Source of the DNA: a virus
DNA length: 64,000 nucleotides
Strand: one strand, 5' to 3'
IMG/VR virus record: IMGVR_UViG_3300030320_000049
Below, one piece after another: positions 19,152 through 28,540 of this stretch (positions within the stretch are counted from its first letter, which is position 1; every line of letters begins with the position of its first letter). Below the pieces are notes generated by a model. It saw nothing but the letters and a program-made list of their open reading frames with translations. It was not told the origin of the DNA and did not search any database. The translations under genes and the position numbers were made by a program.

Positions 19152-19496
19152 TTAAAATACTGGGTCTTCTGTGACTACAAAAACAATTCCGGATTTTTCA
19201 AGCTCTGTTTTTGCAGTAGTGTCAACTGTTACTGGAAGTCTCTTTTCAAGAACACGTCCTGAGACAATCACAGAAATTGGTCTCTTGGTATCATCTGTCA
19301 TATCAACATCTTCAAATACAATGCCGATTGCGCCTGTCGCATTTGTTGGATATACGGAACCTGCTTTGATAATTTTCTTAGTTCCAACTGTTTCAGCATT
19401 TGTCTGGTCTGCTGTGTAGGTTTTGAGTACAAGTCCGACCTCGGATTCAAGAATATTTGGAGTGGACTCATACTGCTCTGTTTTCATAAAAGCCAT
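19152..19496 (-). CDS. Head decoration-like protein (114 aa)
   Basis: Small ORF between scaffold and capsid; IKAGSVYP...GIVFEDVDMTDD pattern. Confidence 0.5.
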   Translation of the reverse strand: MAFMKTEQYESTPNILESEVGLVLKTYTADQTNAETVGTKKIIKAGSVYPTNATGAIGIVFEDVDMTDDTKRPISVIVSGRVLEKRLPVTVDTTAKTELEKSGIVFVVTEDPVF

Positions 19497-19514
19497 TATT
19501 TATATCTCCTTTAC

Positions 19515-20162
19515 TTAAATATTTACAGGGGCGTTACCGTCCACTGATTTAGTTTCCTGGTTCTTTTTTGCTGAGTAAGCTTTTGCAAATTCAGCAGCAT
19601 CACTTTTTACTGTAGCTTTCCCACCGCTACCACCGCCCGGATTCGGAGTGTTTTCCAATGCTTCCTTCTCCCAAGCTGCTTTTGCGTTATCAAGTGCTGT
19701 TTTATTTGCTTCGGAAACTCCCTTAACAAAAGTTTCGACTTCTTTCATTGCATCTTCTGGTTTCTCATACGGTGCAGATGCGTATGCTTTAATAGCACTC
19801 GCGTATGTTTCGGTTGAAAGTCCTGCATTTGCGAACATAGAAGTAATTTCACTGGTAAGGGCTTTTTTGTTGGATTCTGCAAGCGCAGCTTTCAAATCAG
19901 CTAACTCCTTATCCACTGCTTCCTTTTCTTTCTTGCGTTCAGCTTCTAGCCGTTCTGCTTCGGTCATGTTCTGCTTTTTCAACTCTTCCAACTCTTTTTC
20001 CAGGGAATCTGCTTTTTCAGCTTTTTCCTTCAGAGAAACATTTTTGTCTTTCTCTTTCTTAGTTTCAGCAGAAATAGAATCAAGAAGCTTAGAAACCTGT
20101 TCCTCGGAAGGTTCTGCAACTCCCATACCGATAAGTGCCTGTTTTGCCTGTTCTCTTGTCAT
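19515..20162 (-). CDS. Capsid scaffolding protein
   Basis: Lys/Glu-rich coiled coil (EKELEELKKQNMTEAERLEAERKKEKE). Start ATG 20162 after RBS GGAG. Confidence 0.65.
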   Translation of the reverse strand: MTREQAKQALIGMGVAEPSEEQVSKLLDSISAETKKEKDKNVSLKEKAEKADSLEKELEELKKQNMTEAERLEAERKKEKEAVDKELADLKAALAESNKKALTSEITSMFANAGLSTETYASAIKAYASAPYEKPEDAMKEVETFVKGVSEANKTALDNAKAAWEKEALENTPNPGGGSGGKATVKSDAAEFAKAYSAKKNQETKSVDGNAPVNI

Positions 20163-20327
20163 TGAAATCTCCTTTCTTCCAGTCCAATACGCTTTTTCAA
20201 CACGGTTCGCTCCGCACATGGTCTGTACCCGATTTACGCTCACGGGCTGTTGCAATTTATTTGATTTTGGGTATTAAAAAAGAAGCCTTAGATTTCTCTA
20301 AAACTCCTTAAATAATCGAAATTTGGT

Positions 20328-21902
20328 TCATTCTTCGTTAGATGGAGAATTTGCCATTGGTTCTGTTTTGGACGGATTTTGAAACTTTCCGTCAAGTAAT
20401 TGCTGTGCTTTCTGCATTTCCGCTTCCGGGTCTGCCAGTTCTGGATAAATTGTTCCGAGATAAGGAAGGCTCATTTCATAAACTTTCTGTGGATCACTAA
20501 ATAGCCCACAAGTAATCAGTGCAATAAGCGGATGAATTTTATTTTTGAACAGATAATCAAGTGCCTGTGCTTTTACAAGCATATTGTCTGTCGGGTTTCT
20601 GGTTATCTTTACATCAAAATCTCGGGTTGAGATATTAACATCATTTGATGTACCACGGATAATATTCAGAATAATTCTAGCAGACTCCTTTTCAGCTTCC
20701 TTGGTGAATGCTTCTACCAATTTTGCATCTCTTTCTGCGAAGTCCCATCCATTACGAAGGTATACAGCATTTCCTGTATCCCCTCCGCTATTGCTTTGTC
20801 GGTTTGGCATTGCTTCCACAATCAGCATATTATTGTAGATATCATCCTTTGCAACCTGGCTCTCTGATTGATTCAGTTCAGCGGTCATCAGTTCAACATC
20901 CGATTGACAGCCATTTCCGGTATCTTTAACAGAGATAGCACCAAGTTTTACCATTTCCAAAAACTCGTTTTTGTCTACCTCGCAGTTTTTAAACTTCATA
21001 AAGGATTGCACAAACTGTTCCACGCCATTTAATCTGTCAGACTGGTATTTGTTAATTGCATCAAATAATGTGATTGCAATTTCAACATCTGAAAGCCTGT
21101 CATGATTATTCGGGCATTCAACAATTGGAATACCGCCAAAACCATTGATGCCGTAGTTAGTTACTTTCCCATTCTTGATTTCAAAAAACTGGTTCTTTGA
21201 ATAACATAAATAATATTGCTGTTCATCTTCATCTTTTAAAATCTGTACGGAAAGCATTGGTTTCCCATTTCTCTGTGAGTATACAATGTAACAATCACCT
21301 GGATACGGAATGAAGATTCTAAACGGTGGTAAATCTCCGTTTTTTGTCCAATCCTCTTCTTTCAGAATAGCCTTATAGGAAGTTCCTGTTGCGCTCTGGT
21401 ATATTGCCCTTTGGATGTTTCTTGCATCTGCATTGGCTTCATCAAGATAATCATTCAGAAGGTCAACTTGCTCATTTATTTTTTTGTCTGCATTTTTCTT
21501 TTTGCATACATATTGGATTGGTTCCCCGCAAATCTGCCCAGCTTTAAATTTTACAGTTTCAAATGCGTGATTTTCTACCACTCTGTTATTAACTTCTGGA
21601 CGGACTATTTTATTTCGGTATAATATCGGCTGATCGCCTTTCATGTACCGATACAGATAATCAATTAATGTTCGATTTCTATTATGTATGCCAATAGTGT
21701 CTGATACTACTTTCACTACATTTTGTGGAGTGATTCGGTCAACACCTGTGTAGGCTACTTTTCTCCCGAATTCACCTCGGCATAAATCTACAAAATTCAT
21801 TGTATTTCTCACGAGCCGAACCATCCTTTCTGTAAAATAAAAAGCACTGGATATTTTAATCCAATGCTCTACTTTATATTTTACACATATTGAAGGTATC
21901 AT
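20328..21902 (-). CDS. Portal protein
   Basis: About 500 aa ORF downstream of terL. True start uncertain (possibly MNFVDL at 21800). Confidence 0.8.
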   Translation of the reverse strand: MIPSICVKYKVEHWIKISSAFYFTERMVRLVRNTMNFVDLCRGEFGRKVAYTGVDRITPQNVVKVVSDTIGIHNRNRTLIDYLYRYMKGDQPILYRNKIVRPEVNNRVVENHAFETVKFKAGQICGEPIQYVCKKKNADKKINEQVDLLNDYLDEANADARNIQRAIYQSATGTSYKAILKEEDWTKNGDLPPFRIFIPYPGDCYIVYSQRNGKPMLSVQILKDEDEQQYYLCYSKNQFFEIKNGKVTNYGINGFGGIPIVECPNNHDRLSDVEIAITLFDAINKYQSDRLNGVEQFVQSFMKFKNCEVDKNEFLEMVKLGAISVKDTGNGCQSDVELMTAELNQSESQVAKDDIYNNMLIVEAMPNRQSNSGGDTGNAVYLRNGWDFAERDAKLVEAFTKEAEKESARIILNIIRGTSNDVNISTRDFDVKITRNPTDNMLVKAQALDYLFKNKIHPLIALITCGLFSDPQKVYEMSLPYLGTIYPELADPEAEMQKAQQLLDGKFQNPSKTEPMANSPSNEE

Positions 21903-21918
21903 TCAGTATATTCCAGTA

Positions 21919-22341
21919 TCATTTTTCAAAACCTTTTATCTTTTTTACTTCCGCTACGGCTTTTAAGTGCATTCTTTTCATATGTATTTCGGAATACCCC
22001 ATCTCGTCTGCGATACGAACCAATGATTTGTACTCAACATAGTGCTTAAATAATATGTCATATAGTAATGGGTCTTCAACCTGTTCTATGGTTCGGACTA
22101 TTTCTTGTCTTTTTTGTAAAAATTCATATATCATTTCTGAAATCTCTTCTCGCAGATCAAATATCTTTGCAACCATATCTCCCATTGGATCACGTTTTAC
22201 AGAAGTTTGCACCTTTTCCCCAACTGGAATTGCAGATACACTTGTGGAAAGAGAACTGAGCTGTTCTTCTTCGATAAGCTTGTTTTTGATTCTGTTATCA
22301 TAATTTTCAATCTGGCGTAAATATTGAGCTGTAGTCATCAT
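21919..22341 (-). CDS. DUF1492/sigma region-4-like regulator (140 aa) between terL and portal
   Basis: C-terminus LLYDILFKHYVEYKSLVRIADEMGYSEIHMKRMHLKAVAEVKKI. Confidence 0.5.
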   Translation of the reverse strand: MMTTAQYLRQIENYDNRIKNKLIEEEQLSSLSTSVSAIPVGEKVQTSVKRDPMGDMVAKIFDLREEISEMIYEFLQKRQEIVRTIEQVEDPLLYDILFKHYVEYKSLVRIADEMGYSEIHMKRMHLKAVAEVKKIKGFEK

Positions 22342-22344
22342 ATT

Positions 22345-24039
22345 CTATCTCCTTCCCCACATAAAATTTTTGGTTGCTTTTACTTCTGCAAATCTTTTGC
22401 TGGCAAGCGTTATTGCAAGCTGTGTAACTCCATCAGCGGCGTCATCATGTTCATTATCGCCAATATAGACGAAGGTAGTTAATTCATCCATAGCCTTTTG
22501 ATACTGTTTATCTTGATATTTCGGAGCCAAAAATATAAAATTTTGCTTAACATCCCCGGAATATTGATTTATTTTTTCTTTTTTTGCTTGTTTTGAAGGT
22601 GCTTTTGTACTTGTCGTGCTGCAAGCGTATTTATGTTCTTTCAAGCGTTCGTTTACATAATAGGCATACATATCTCCACCATTATTTGCTTCAAAATTGA
22701 TGGATTGAATATTATTTCCCATGATTCTTCCAACAACTAATGGCAATGTTCCTTCTTTTGGTGCTGTGCTAAAAATCCAATCATATATATACACATCTCC
22801 ATTTTCGTATTCTGCACCCACTGGCATTGATAAGCTATCGCCACCACCCCACGCAACATCGCAAGCAGAAACATTTTTAACAAATCCACCTTCTGGGAGA
22901 ACTCCGTTATAATATCTCAATTCGTCAGCTGCAAACACAATTCCTTCACGCAAGAAGGGCTTTTGCTGATATTTAGCTTCCCATTCGTTAGCGTCTAACC
23001 TAGCTTTCATATCAACATAATATTTTGTTGAAAATCCAACGCCATACTCATAATCGAAATTGGATTCACCATCATCGTTCAAAGCTGGAATTTTTCTAAA
23101 CCGATACATTGGATTATCCCGATTTAGCTTCTCAATCTTTCCAAGAGGATCATATAAATTCCATCTGGTTCCAACCATAAGTTCTCTTGCACCATCAATC
23201 TTACGGTCAACCATCTTGTTCAGATATTCTTGATATGTATTTTCCAATCGGGTAGGGCTTAATGAATGTTGCCTATCTCTTACAAGGTCATCCACGTACA
23301 AATACCCATCAGAAGAAATATCAACGGCACCTGTCCAAGTACCTTCAATACCACGGCAAGTCATTGTTGCAAATCGGTCTGGTTTGTCCAGGTTTATTTC
23401 AAAATCATCAGCACTCTGTTTTTGAAGTTTCGATTGCGGAAAAATTTCACTGTAGTTGTATTCCTGTGTATTAATGAGGTTAAGAAGTTCTCCGTAAAAT
23501 CCTTTTGCCAGTTTTCCAGAATGACCACCCATGGCACTATGGCTATTCGGTCTTTTTCCCATTATCCATGACATAAAGAAAATACACATAGTAGATTTTC
23601 CAACACGGCTCGGAAGTGATAAGCCGTAAAACTCTATCTTTCTTTCTTCCAAATCTTGTAGGTCTTTGGCTACTACATGTAGTGTTTTTTTTCGTGGAAT
23701 ATAAAATTTCTTGCTGTCCGGTCTATTTTTTTCCATATAAAGCAAGTAACTTTCAAATAAATGTGGTGCTTCCAATAATAAATACTGCCAGTAGATATCG
23801 TCAAAATTACCACTTCCAGTTAATGCAGCACACTTCTCTGCTATGTTATGTGAGTATTGACTTACTTTCATAGCCATTTTCCGTGCTTCTTGGTTCTTGT
23901 CGAAAGGAAGGTCAATATTCATATTTAAGAGCAAATCAAGGCAATCTTTTTGATTCTGATAGATTGTCATGTCGCTACTGATAATCTGATTTAGGACTGT
24001 CCGATACCATTCAAGCGAACCTTCTGTAATTTTTCCCAT
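22345..24039 (-). CDS. Terminase large subunit
   Basis: Walker A-like GLSLPSRVGKST and a C-terminal nuclease-like region. Start ATG 24039 after AAGGAGG. Confidence 0.88.
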   Translation of the reverse strand: MGKITEGSLEWYRTVLNQIISSDMTIYQNQKDCLDLLLNMNIDLPFDKNQEARKMAMKVSQYSHNIAEKCAALTGSGNFDDIYWQYLLLEAPHLFESYLLYMEKNRPDSKKFYIPRKKTLHVVAKDLQDLEERKIEFYGLSLPSRVGKSTMCIFFMSWIMGKRPNSHSAMGGHSGKLAKGFYGELLNLINTQEYNYSEIFPQSKLQKQSADDFEINLDKPDRFATMTCRGIEGTWTGAVDISSDGYLYVDDLVRDRQHSLSPTRLENTYQEYLNKMVDRKIDGARELMVGTRWNLYDPLGKIEKLNRDNPMYRFRKIPALNDDGESNFDYEYGVGFSTKYYVDMKARLDANEWEAKYQQKPFLREGIVFAADELRYYNGVLPEGGFVKNVSACDVAWGGGDSLSMPVGAEYENGDVYIYDWIFSTAPKEGTLPLVVGRIMGNNIQSINFEANNGGDMYAYYVNERLKEHKYACSTTSTKAPSKQAKKEKINQYSGDVKQNFIFLAPKYQDKQYQKAMDELTTFVYIGDNEHDDAADGVTQLAITLASKRFAEVKATKNFMWGRR

Positions 24040-24107
24040 AAAAATAGAGCCAGACCTCCTTTCTTTTTTAGGATTTAGTCTGGCTCTCATATGGCTCTCT
24101 TGACTGC

Positions 24108-25310
24108 TTATTCACTTGCTTTAAAGTTATATATAGGTTTGATAATATCAACTATTTCTACAGTATCTTTGATGTTATCAATAATTTCTTGCGGTGGTTT
24201 GTAGGCCATAGGGCTTTCATCAATTGTAGATTTCTGAACGGATGTTGTATATATTCCATCCATAGACTCCTTAAATTCTTCTAACGAAATGTTTTCTTTT
24301 GCTTTTGACCGGCTCATAATACGTCCTGCGCCATGAGGGGCTGAACAGTTCCAATCATCGTTTCCTTTCCCGACTGCAATAATGCATCCGTCTCGCATAT
24401 TCATGGGGATAAGAACTTTTTCACCATACTTAGCTGATATCGCACCTTTCCGAACAATATTTGTATCGTGGTCAATATAATTATGAATTGTGTCAAACCA
24501 TGTATCTCTTTGAAGTGTCCAATTCATGCTGTAGAATATAGCCGACTGTATACATCTTCTGTTTATTCTTGCAAATTCTTGACAGATTTTCATATCATGC
24601 AGATATTGTTTTCTGTGTTCTCCTGTCAAGTAGCACAATTCTTTCGGAATGCCAAGTTTGTCTGGCTTCCATTTTCGTTTTAATTCGTCAATACCATTTT
24701 GAATTTCCTTGTGCCTGCCAGAGCACTTGTATTCTTTTATTAATTTCTGTATTTCAGTTTCAAGTTTATCTGTGCCCTGCATATCTTCTATGGCAATTTT
24801 TTGATATATTTCAGCTACTTGCTTCCCAAGGTTGCGACTTCCAGTATGAATTACAAGGTATTTTGCACCTTTTGAATTAGTGTCAACTTCAATAAAATGA
24901 TTTCCACCCCCAAGCGTACCAAGGCTCCTGCGAATCCATTCGATATTTTTAAGCTGATGGAAGTAATGAAGTTCTTCTAATTCTTCAAAATTTATGATTT
25001 CGTCACGTACGTTTCTTCCTGCTGGAACATTTCTTCTTATTGCTTCGTCGAGAATTTTAAAATCTATTGTTCCAACGTCAGCAGGAATTTGCGTTGTAAG
25101 CATTCCACATCCAATGTCTACTCCAACAATGTTCGGAATTACTTTATCTCCGAGATCAGCAGTAAAACCAATTACACATCCTGCTCCTGCGTGAACATCT
25201 GGCATGATTCGTACTTTGCATTCAGAAAATGCAGGCTGCTTTATCAATGTATAAATCTGATTTAATGCTTCTGGTTCAATGTTTTCTGTAAATATCTTCA
25301 AGTCACTCAT
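24108..25310 (-). CDS. rtcB: RtcB RNA 3'-phosphate/5'-OH ligase
   Basis: Full-length (400 aa) with MPDVHAGAGC, GGGNHFIEVD, HTGSRNLG, HNYI and APHGAGR (guanylyl-His) motifs. Confidence 0.9.
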   Translation of the reverse strand: MSDLKIFTENIEPEALNQIYTLIKQPAFSECKVRIMPDVHAGAGCVIGFTADLGDKVIPNIVGVDIGCGMLTTQIPADVGTIDFKILDEAIRRNVPAGRNVRDEIINFEELEELHYFHQLKNIEWIRRSLGTLGGGNHFIEVDTNSKGAKYLVIHTGSRNLGKQVAEIYQKIAIEDMQGTDKLETEIQKLIKEYKCSGRHKEIQNGIDELKRKWKPDKLGIPKELCYLTGEHRKQYLHDMKICQEFARINRRCIQSAIFYSMNWTLQRDTWFDTIHNYIDHDTNIVRKGAISAKYGEKVLIPMNMRDGCIIAVGKGNDDWNCSAPHGAGRIMSRSKAKENISLEEFKESMDGIYTTSVQKSTIDESPMAYKPPQEIIDNIKDTVEIVDIIKPIYNFKASE

Positions 25311-25464
25311 AATGGCGCTCCTTTCTGGCTCTCTTGACTTTTCTTTTTGTTTTTTTGTATTCTAAATATTTTTCAAAACTATATTTTTCACAATATATAC
25401 AATTTTCTAATCCATCTGGTTCTGGATGTATACACGGAATGTTCCTTAATTTGCACCATACCAT

Positions 25465-25668
25465 TTAATCACTTAACTTTCTGCAAATTTCAATAAAATC
25501 TGGCTTACTAAGTTCTTTCAACTTATCAGCATACTTTGGAAATTCATGCGTATATATCGGATGACCTAAAAGCTTTTCCGCATATTCGTATGCAAGTCTT
25601 CGGTCATCCCCTGTAAGCATACAAATTCCTGTATAGGTTTCAATTACTACGGCTTCTTGTTTTGTCAT
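25465..25668 (-). CDS. hypothetical (67 aa)
   Basis: ORF track; same-strand packing. Confidence 0.4.
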   Translation of the reverse strand: MTKQEAVVIETYTGICMLTGDDRRLAYEYAEKLLGHPIYTHEFPKYADKLKELSKPDFIEICRKLSD

Positions 25669-25689
25669 ACATATCCTTTCTTGATAAAA

Positions 25690-25884
25690 TCATCTTCTTA
25701 ATTCCGTAAAAATATTTTCAATTACTTTCCATTCTGCGAATACTGCCATAAACAGTAATGGTACTGCAGAAAATCCCCAATGATTTTCAATCATCATTTG
25801 AATTGTGGCTATTAAATAATCTGCTACCCATTTGAATATTATGAAATTCGCAATTATCCAACATATTTTTCTGATTTTGTTCAT
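25690..25884 (-). CDS. small 2-TM membrane protein (64 aa)
   Basis: ORF track; two hydrophobic segments. Confidence 0.4.
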   Translation of the reverse strand: MNKIRKICWIIANFIIFKWVADYLIATIQMMIENHWGFSAVPLLFMAVFAEWKVIENIFTELRR

Positions 25885-26165
25885 TTGGTCACCATCTTTC
25901 TTTTTGATTTCAAGTATTTTCTGTATTTGCGACTGTATTTCCGAAGAATTAAATCGAGCATAATGCTATTTGTCTGTTCTACGTTTTCTGACATAGTTGT
26001 GAGATATGGATAATCTTCTCTATCATCTACTAATGTCTTGAAGATCAAGTCTAAAGCAAACTGAGCACTGATAGGTGGGTCGCACAGTTCAAAGTCTTTA
26101 TCCTTGTACCACTCATCAATCTTCTTCTGGAATCCATCAAAGGATATTTCTTCGCTCCATATCAT
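25881..26165 (-). CDS. hypothetical (94 aa)
   Basis: ORF track; 4-nt overlap with the next ORF. Confidence 0.4.
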   Translation of the reverse strand: MIWSEEISFDGFQKKIDEWYKDKDFELCDPPISAQFALDLIFKTLVDDREDYPYLTTMSENVEQTNSIMLDLILRKYSRKYRKYLKSKRKMVTK

Positions 26166-26174
26166 ACATTCACC

Positions 26175-26357
26175 TCAATCTGTAATCCCTAACTGTTTGT
26201 AAGTGAATACGGCAGTGTACTTCTTCCCACATTTGTAGCAAGTTTCTGTAATAGTGCAAGTCTTTTCCTTATCGTCACATTTTGATTCTGTATCTGAACT
26301 TTTGAACCTGCAACCACCTGTCAGAATGCATTTAATTCGTTTAAGACTTATTTTCAT
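26175..26357 (-). CDS. Cys-rich small protein (60 aa)
   Basis: ORF track; CxxxC...CxxC pattern. Confidence 0.4.
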   Translation of the reverse strand: MKISLKRIKCILTGGCRFKSSDTESKCDDKEKTCTITETCYKCGKKYTAVFTYKQLGITD

Positions 26358-26655
26358 TCAAAATACCTCTCAATATCTTTTCCCATTTTCCAATAGTGTA
26401 TGTTCCTACTTGTTTCGCATACATTTCCATGCGAACTGGAAACGTATCTGTAAAACCGCTTAAATGTCTTATAATGAACGGAAATTCTCTGCCTTTTATT
26501 TGCACCATAAATGTTTCCTCATAATCATATCGTCCAAGTACATTAGCGCAGAAGTAAGCAACCTCTCTTCCATCCTCTACGCAGACCTCAATTGAAGCTG
26601 CTACAGTTTCACCTGTTTGTAAAATTGTTATTGGGATATTTTTGTATTTCTTCAT
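26341..26655 (-). CDS. hypothetical (104 aa)
   Basis: ORF track. Confidence 0.4.
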   Translation of the reverse strand: MKKYKNIPITILQTGETVAASIEVCVEDGREVAYFCANVLGRYDYEETFMVQIKGREFPFIIRHLSGFTDTFPVRMEMYAKQVGTYTIGKWEKILRGILNENKS

Positions 26656-26921
26656 ACATTCACCTCAAATTCTTTCTTACAGTTGCTTCCCTTGCATTTT
26701 AATTTAAGATGCTGAATCTTTGTGTTTGGGCTAATCAAAAGTGCTTTCTTCTGGCAAAAAGGGCAACAGGCGTATTTCACTCCATTGATATTCCTCAATA
26801 ATGCCTGTCCATTCCACGGCTCGGGTGGGTTCATGTATTCAGAAAAATCTATCCCTTCGGATTCTAATGCTGACTTAATGCTCATTAAAAATCTCCTTAA
26901 ATTTCTTCCTATTAAAACCAT
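26652..26921 (-). CDS. Zinc-ribbon protein (Com-like Cys4 finger)
   Basis: ACCPFCQKKALLISPNTKIQHLKLKCKGSNCKKEFEV. Confidence 0.45.
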   Translation of the reverse strand: MVLIGRNLRRFLMSIKSALESEGIDFSEYMNPPEPWNGQALLRNINGVKYACCPFCQKKALLISPNTKIQHLKLKCKGSNCKKEFEVNV

Positions 26922-27099
26922 TGTCTTGGTTTCCCCAATACGGATATTGCTCTAAGCATTTTCTCATATAATCGCATGGATGTGCTTTTGCAAAGTCAAC
27001 AATTTCTTTGGCAGGTGCCTGTTGTACTTGTGTCTTCCATTCTGGACAACCTTTTGTTTTTTCTTGATCCATTAATTTTCCTCCGTTTCGGAATGCCAT
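26875..27099 (-). CDS. hypothetical (74 aa)
   Basis: ORF track; overlaps neighbours, so the start is uncertain. Confidence 0.3.
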   Translation of the reverse strand: MAFRNGGKLMDQEKTKGCPEWKTQVQQAPAKEIVDFAKAHPCDYMRKCLEQYPYWGNQDNGFNRKKFKEIFNEH

Positions 27100-27349
27100 G
27101 CTTTTTTCGGAAATTATTCTGGTTTATTCGATTTGGGGCAACTAGTGTCCAAAATAGTTCATTACTTAATTTACATTCAAGTTCAATACTTAACGGCTTG
27201 CCTATGCTACAAAGTGTACCGTCCTCATTTCTGTGAAGAATACCGCCTTCGATAACAAAAGCACCATCCGAAATTGAAATCTCTGGTGTTTCTTCAATCG
27301 CTTCACCATTGCTTGTAAAGAAATGCTTTAATTCCTCCTTTTCACCCAT
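26996..27349 (-). CDS. hypothetical (117 aa; 3' part overlaps 26875..27099)
   Basis: ORF track. The N-terminal 70 aa look protein-like; the basic tail may be out-of-frame read-on. Confidence 0.35.
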   Translation of the reverse strand: MGEKEELKHFFTSNGEAIEETPEISISDGAFVIEGGILHRNEDGTLCSIGKPLSIELECKLSNELFWTLVAPNRINQNNFRKKHGIPKRRKINGSRKNKRLSRMEDTSTTGTCQRNC

Positions 27350-27350
27350 A

Positions 27351-27674
27351 TCAGCACATTCCTTTGTTTTTCCTTAAATTAGCGTATCGGTCAACCAATT
27401 TGTCAACAGTAACAGTTAACTCGTTAATTCTGATGCAGTCATCCTGGTGGCGTTGTTCATACCATTCTATAGATGGATGACCAGTATCTACATTTTCAAC
27501 TTCATCAGTTGGAAGCTTCCAGTTATCATTTTCAAGAAGCTTTTGGTTAAGTGTCTCCGATAAAGCTTTATAGTCCAGGATTATATGCTGTTTCTTCTCG
27601 CATTCATCAGATAAAAGAACAACTTCATTTTTTAGCTGATCTACAGTCCAATTCTTTAAATCTTCAATTCTCAT
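27351..27674 (-). CDS. hypothetical coiled-coil protein
   Basis: Start taken at MRIEDLKNW, downstream of the stop of 27685..27924. Confidence 0.4.
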   Translation of the reverse strand: MRIEDLKNWTVDQLKNEVVLLSDECEKKQHIILDYKALSETLNQKLLENDNWKLPTDEVENVDTGHPSIEWYEQRHQDDCIRINELTVTVDKLVDRYANLRKNKGMC

Positions 27675-27684
27675 GGCATTCTCC

Positions 27685-27924
27685 TCAAATCTTAGTAAAT
27701 GTTTCCATATCGTAGTTGTCACGGATATAATCCACACACTCTTGCAGTTTTTCTCTCAAAAATGTGTCCTTTGCAATATCTGGGTGAAGCGCATATAGTA
27801 AGCAGCTTCCCTCTTTCCCGTCTTTCTGAAACTTTCTCCAATTGAACATCATAATGAATAAAGGAATTTTTGTAAGATTGTCCGTTTTTCTTTTGAGCCA
27901 AAAATTAGAAAGTTTTTTAATCAT
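27685..27924 (-). CDS. hypothetical (79 aa)
   Basis: ORF track. Confidence 0.4.
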   Translation of the reverse strand: MIKKLSNFWLKRKTDNLTKIPLFIMMFNWRKFQKDGKEGSCLLYALHPDIAKDTFLREKLQECVDYIRDNYDMETFTKI

Positions 27925-28091
27925 TTCTCTCTTTCCTCCCTATGCTTCATCTGACAGGCGATCATTTTAGCTATGTTTTCACGTTCCTGTTTTATGCCAT
28001 GTCCTTGGCGGAACAATTCGCATTCAAGGATATTTCCACAGTTGGAACATTCGTCTTTTATTTCTTTACCGCATACTTCAATCATTTTCAT
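27921..28091 (-). CDS. Cys-rich small protein (56 aa, below track cutoff)
   Basis: Own translation MKMIEVCGKEIKDECSNCGNILECELFRQGHG...; ATGA overlap with the next ORF. Confidence 0.35.
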   Translation of the reverse strand: MKMIEVCGKEIKDECSNCGNILECELFRQGHGIKQERENIAKMIACQMKHREEREK

Positions 28092-28290
28092 CACCACAGT
28101 AATTCAATAAGTAATTTGCAATTTTTCTAAGATCATTTTTCCCATACAGACGAATTCCATCTTTCAATTCTCTGTCAATCAGCCAATCAGCTAACTTTAT
28201 TGGTTGTGTAGGTGGTTCATCTTTGGATTTTTCTATCTTAAAATCATCGATTAAACCACCTCTATTTATAAGTTCAGACAAATCACTCAT
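28078..28290 (-). CDS. hypothetical (70 aa)
   Basis: Start at MSDLSELINRGG after RBS GGGAGGAG. The track ORF 28078..28389 has an implausible N-terminal extension. Confidence 0.4.
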   Translation of the reverse strand: MSDLSELINRGGLIDDFKIEKSKDEPPTQPIKLADWLIDRELKDGIRLYGKNDLRKIANYLLNYCGDEND

Positions 28291-28423
28291 GCTTGTTCTC
28301 CTCCCAACATTCACAACTATCATACATGCATCTAAAGTCTGCGCAATATTTGCTATCACCATTGAAGCAAACCCATGTGAAGTCATCATGTTTTCTACAA
28401 TTCTTACAACATTTTTCTTCCAT
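28283..28423 (-). CDS. Cys-rich small protein (46 aa, below track cutoff)
   Basis: Own translation MEEKCCKNCRKHDDFTWVCFNGDSKYCADFRCMYDSCECWEENKHE. Confidence 0.35.
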   Translation of the reverse strand: MEEKCCKNCRKHDDFTWVCFNGDSKYCADFRCMYDSCECWEENKHE

Positions 28424-28437
28424 AAACACCTCTTGTT

Positions 28438-28494
28438 AAAAAAATCCAGTGCGCCGACTTGAACGGCATGAATCTCCCAACGAGAAACACTGGA
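28438..28494 (-). ncRNA. Mini tRNA-like three-way junction (M1) lacking an anticodon arm, followed by U7
   Basis: Minus strand: TCCAGTG TT TCTC-GTTGG-GAGA TTCA TGCCG-TTCAAGT-CGGCG CACTGGA TTTTTTT. It has a 7-bp acceptor-like stem, a D-like hairpin with GG and a T-arm with UUCAAGU loop. Confidence 0.5.
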
Positions 28495-28540
28495 ACTTTA
28501 AGGGGGAAAATGCAACTTCTGGCAATGGCAATTTGCCAGA

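Noticed and set aside
28438-28494. tmRNA or two-piece tmRNA, as an explanation for the anticodon-arm-less tRNA-like elements.
   Set aside because: The acceptor strands are only about 36 nt apart. There are no pseudoknots and no tag-peptide reading frame between or after them.
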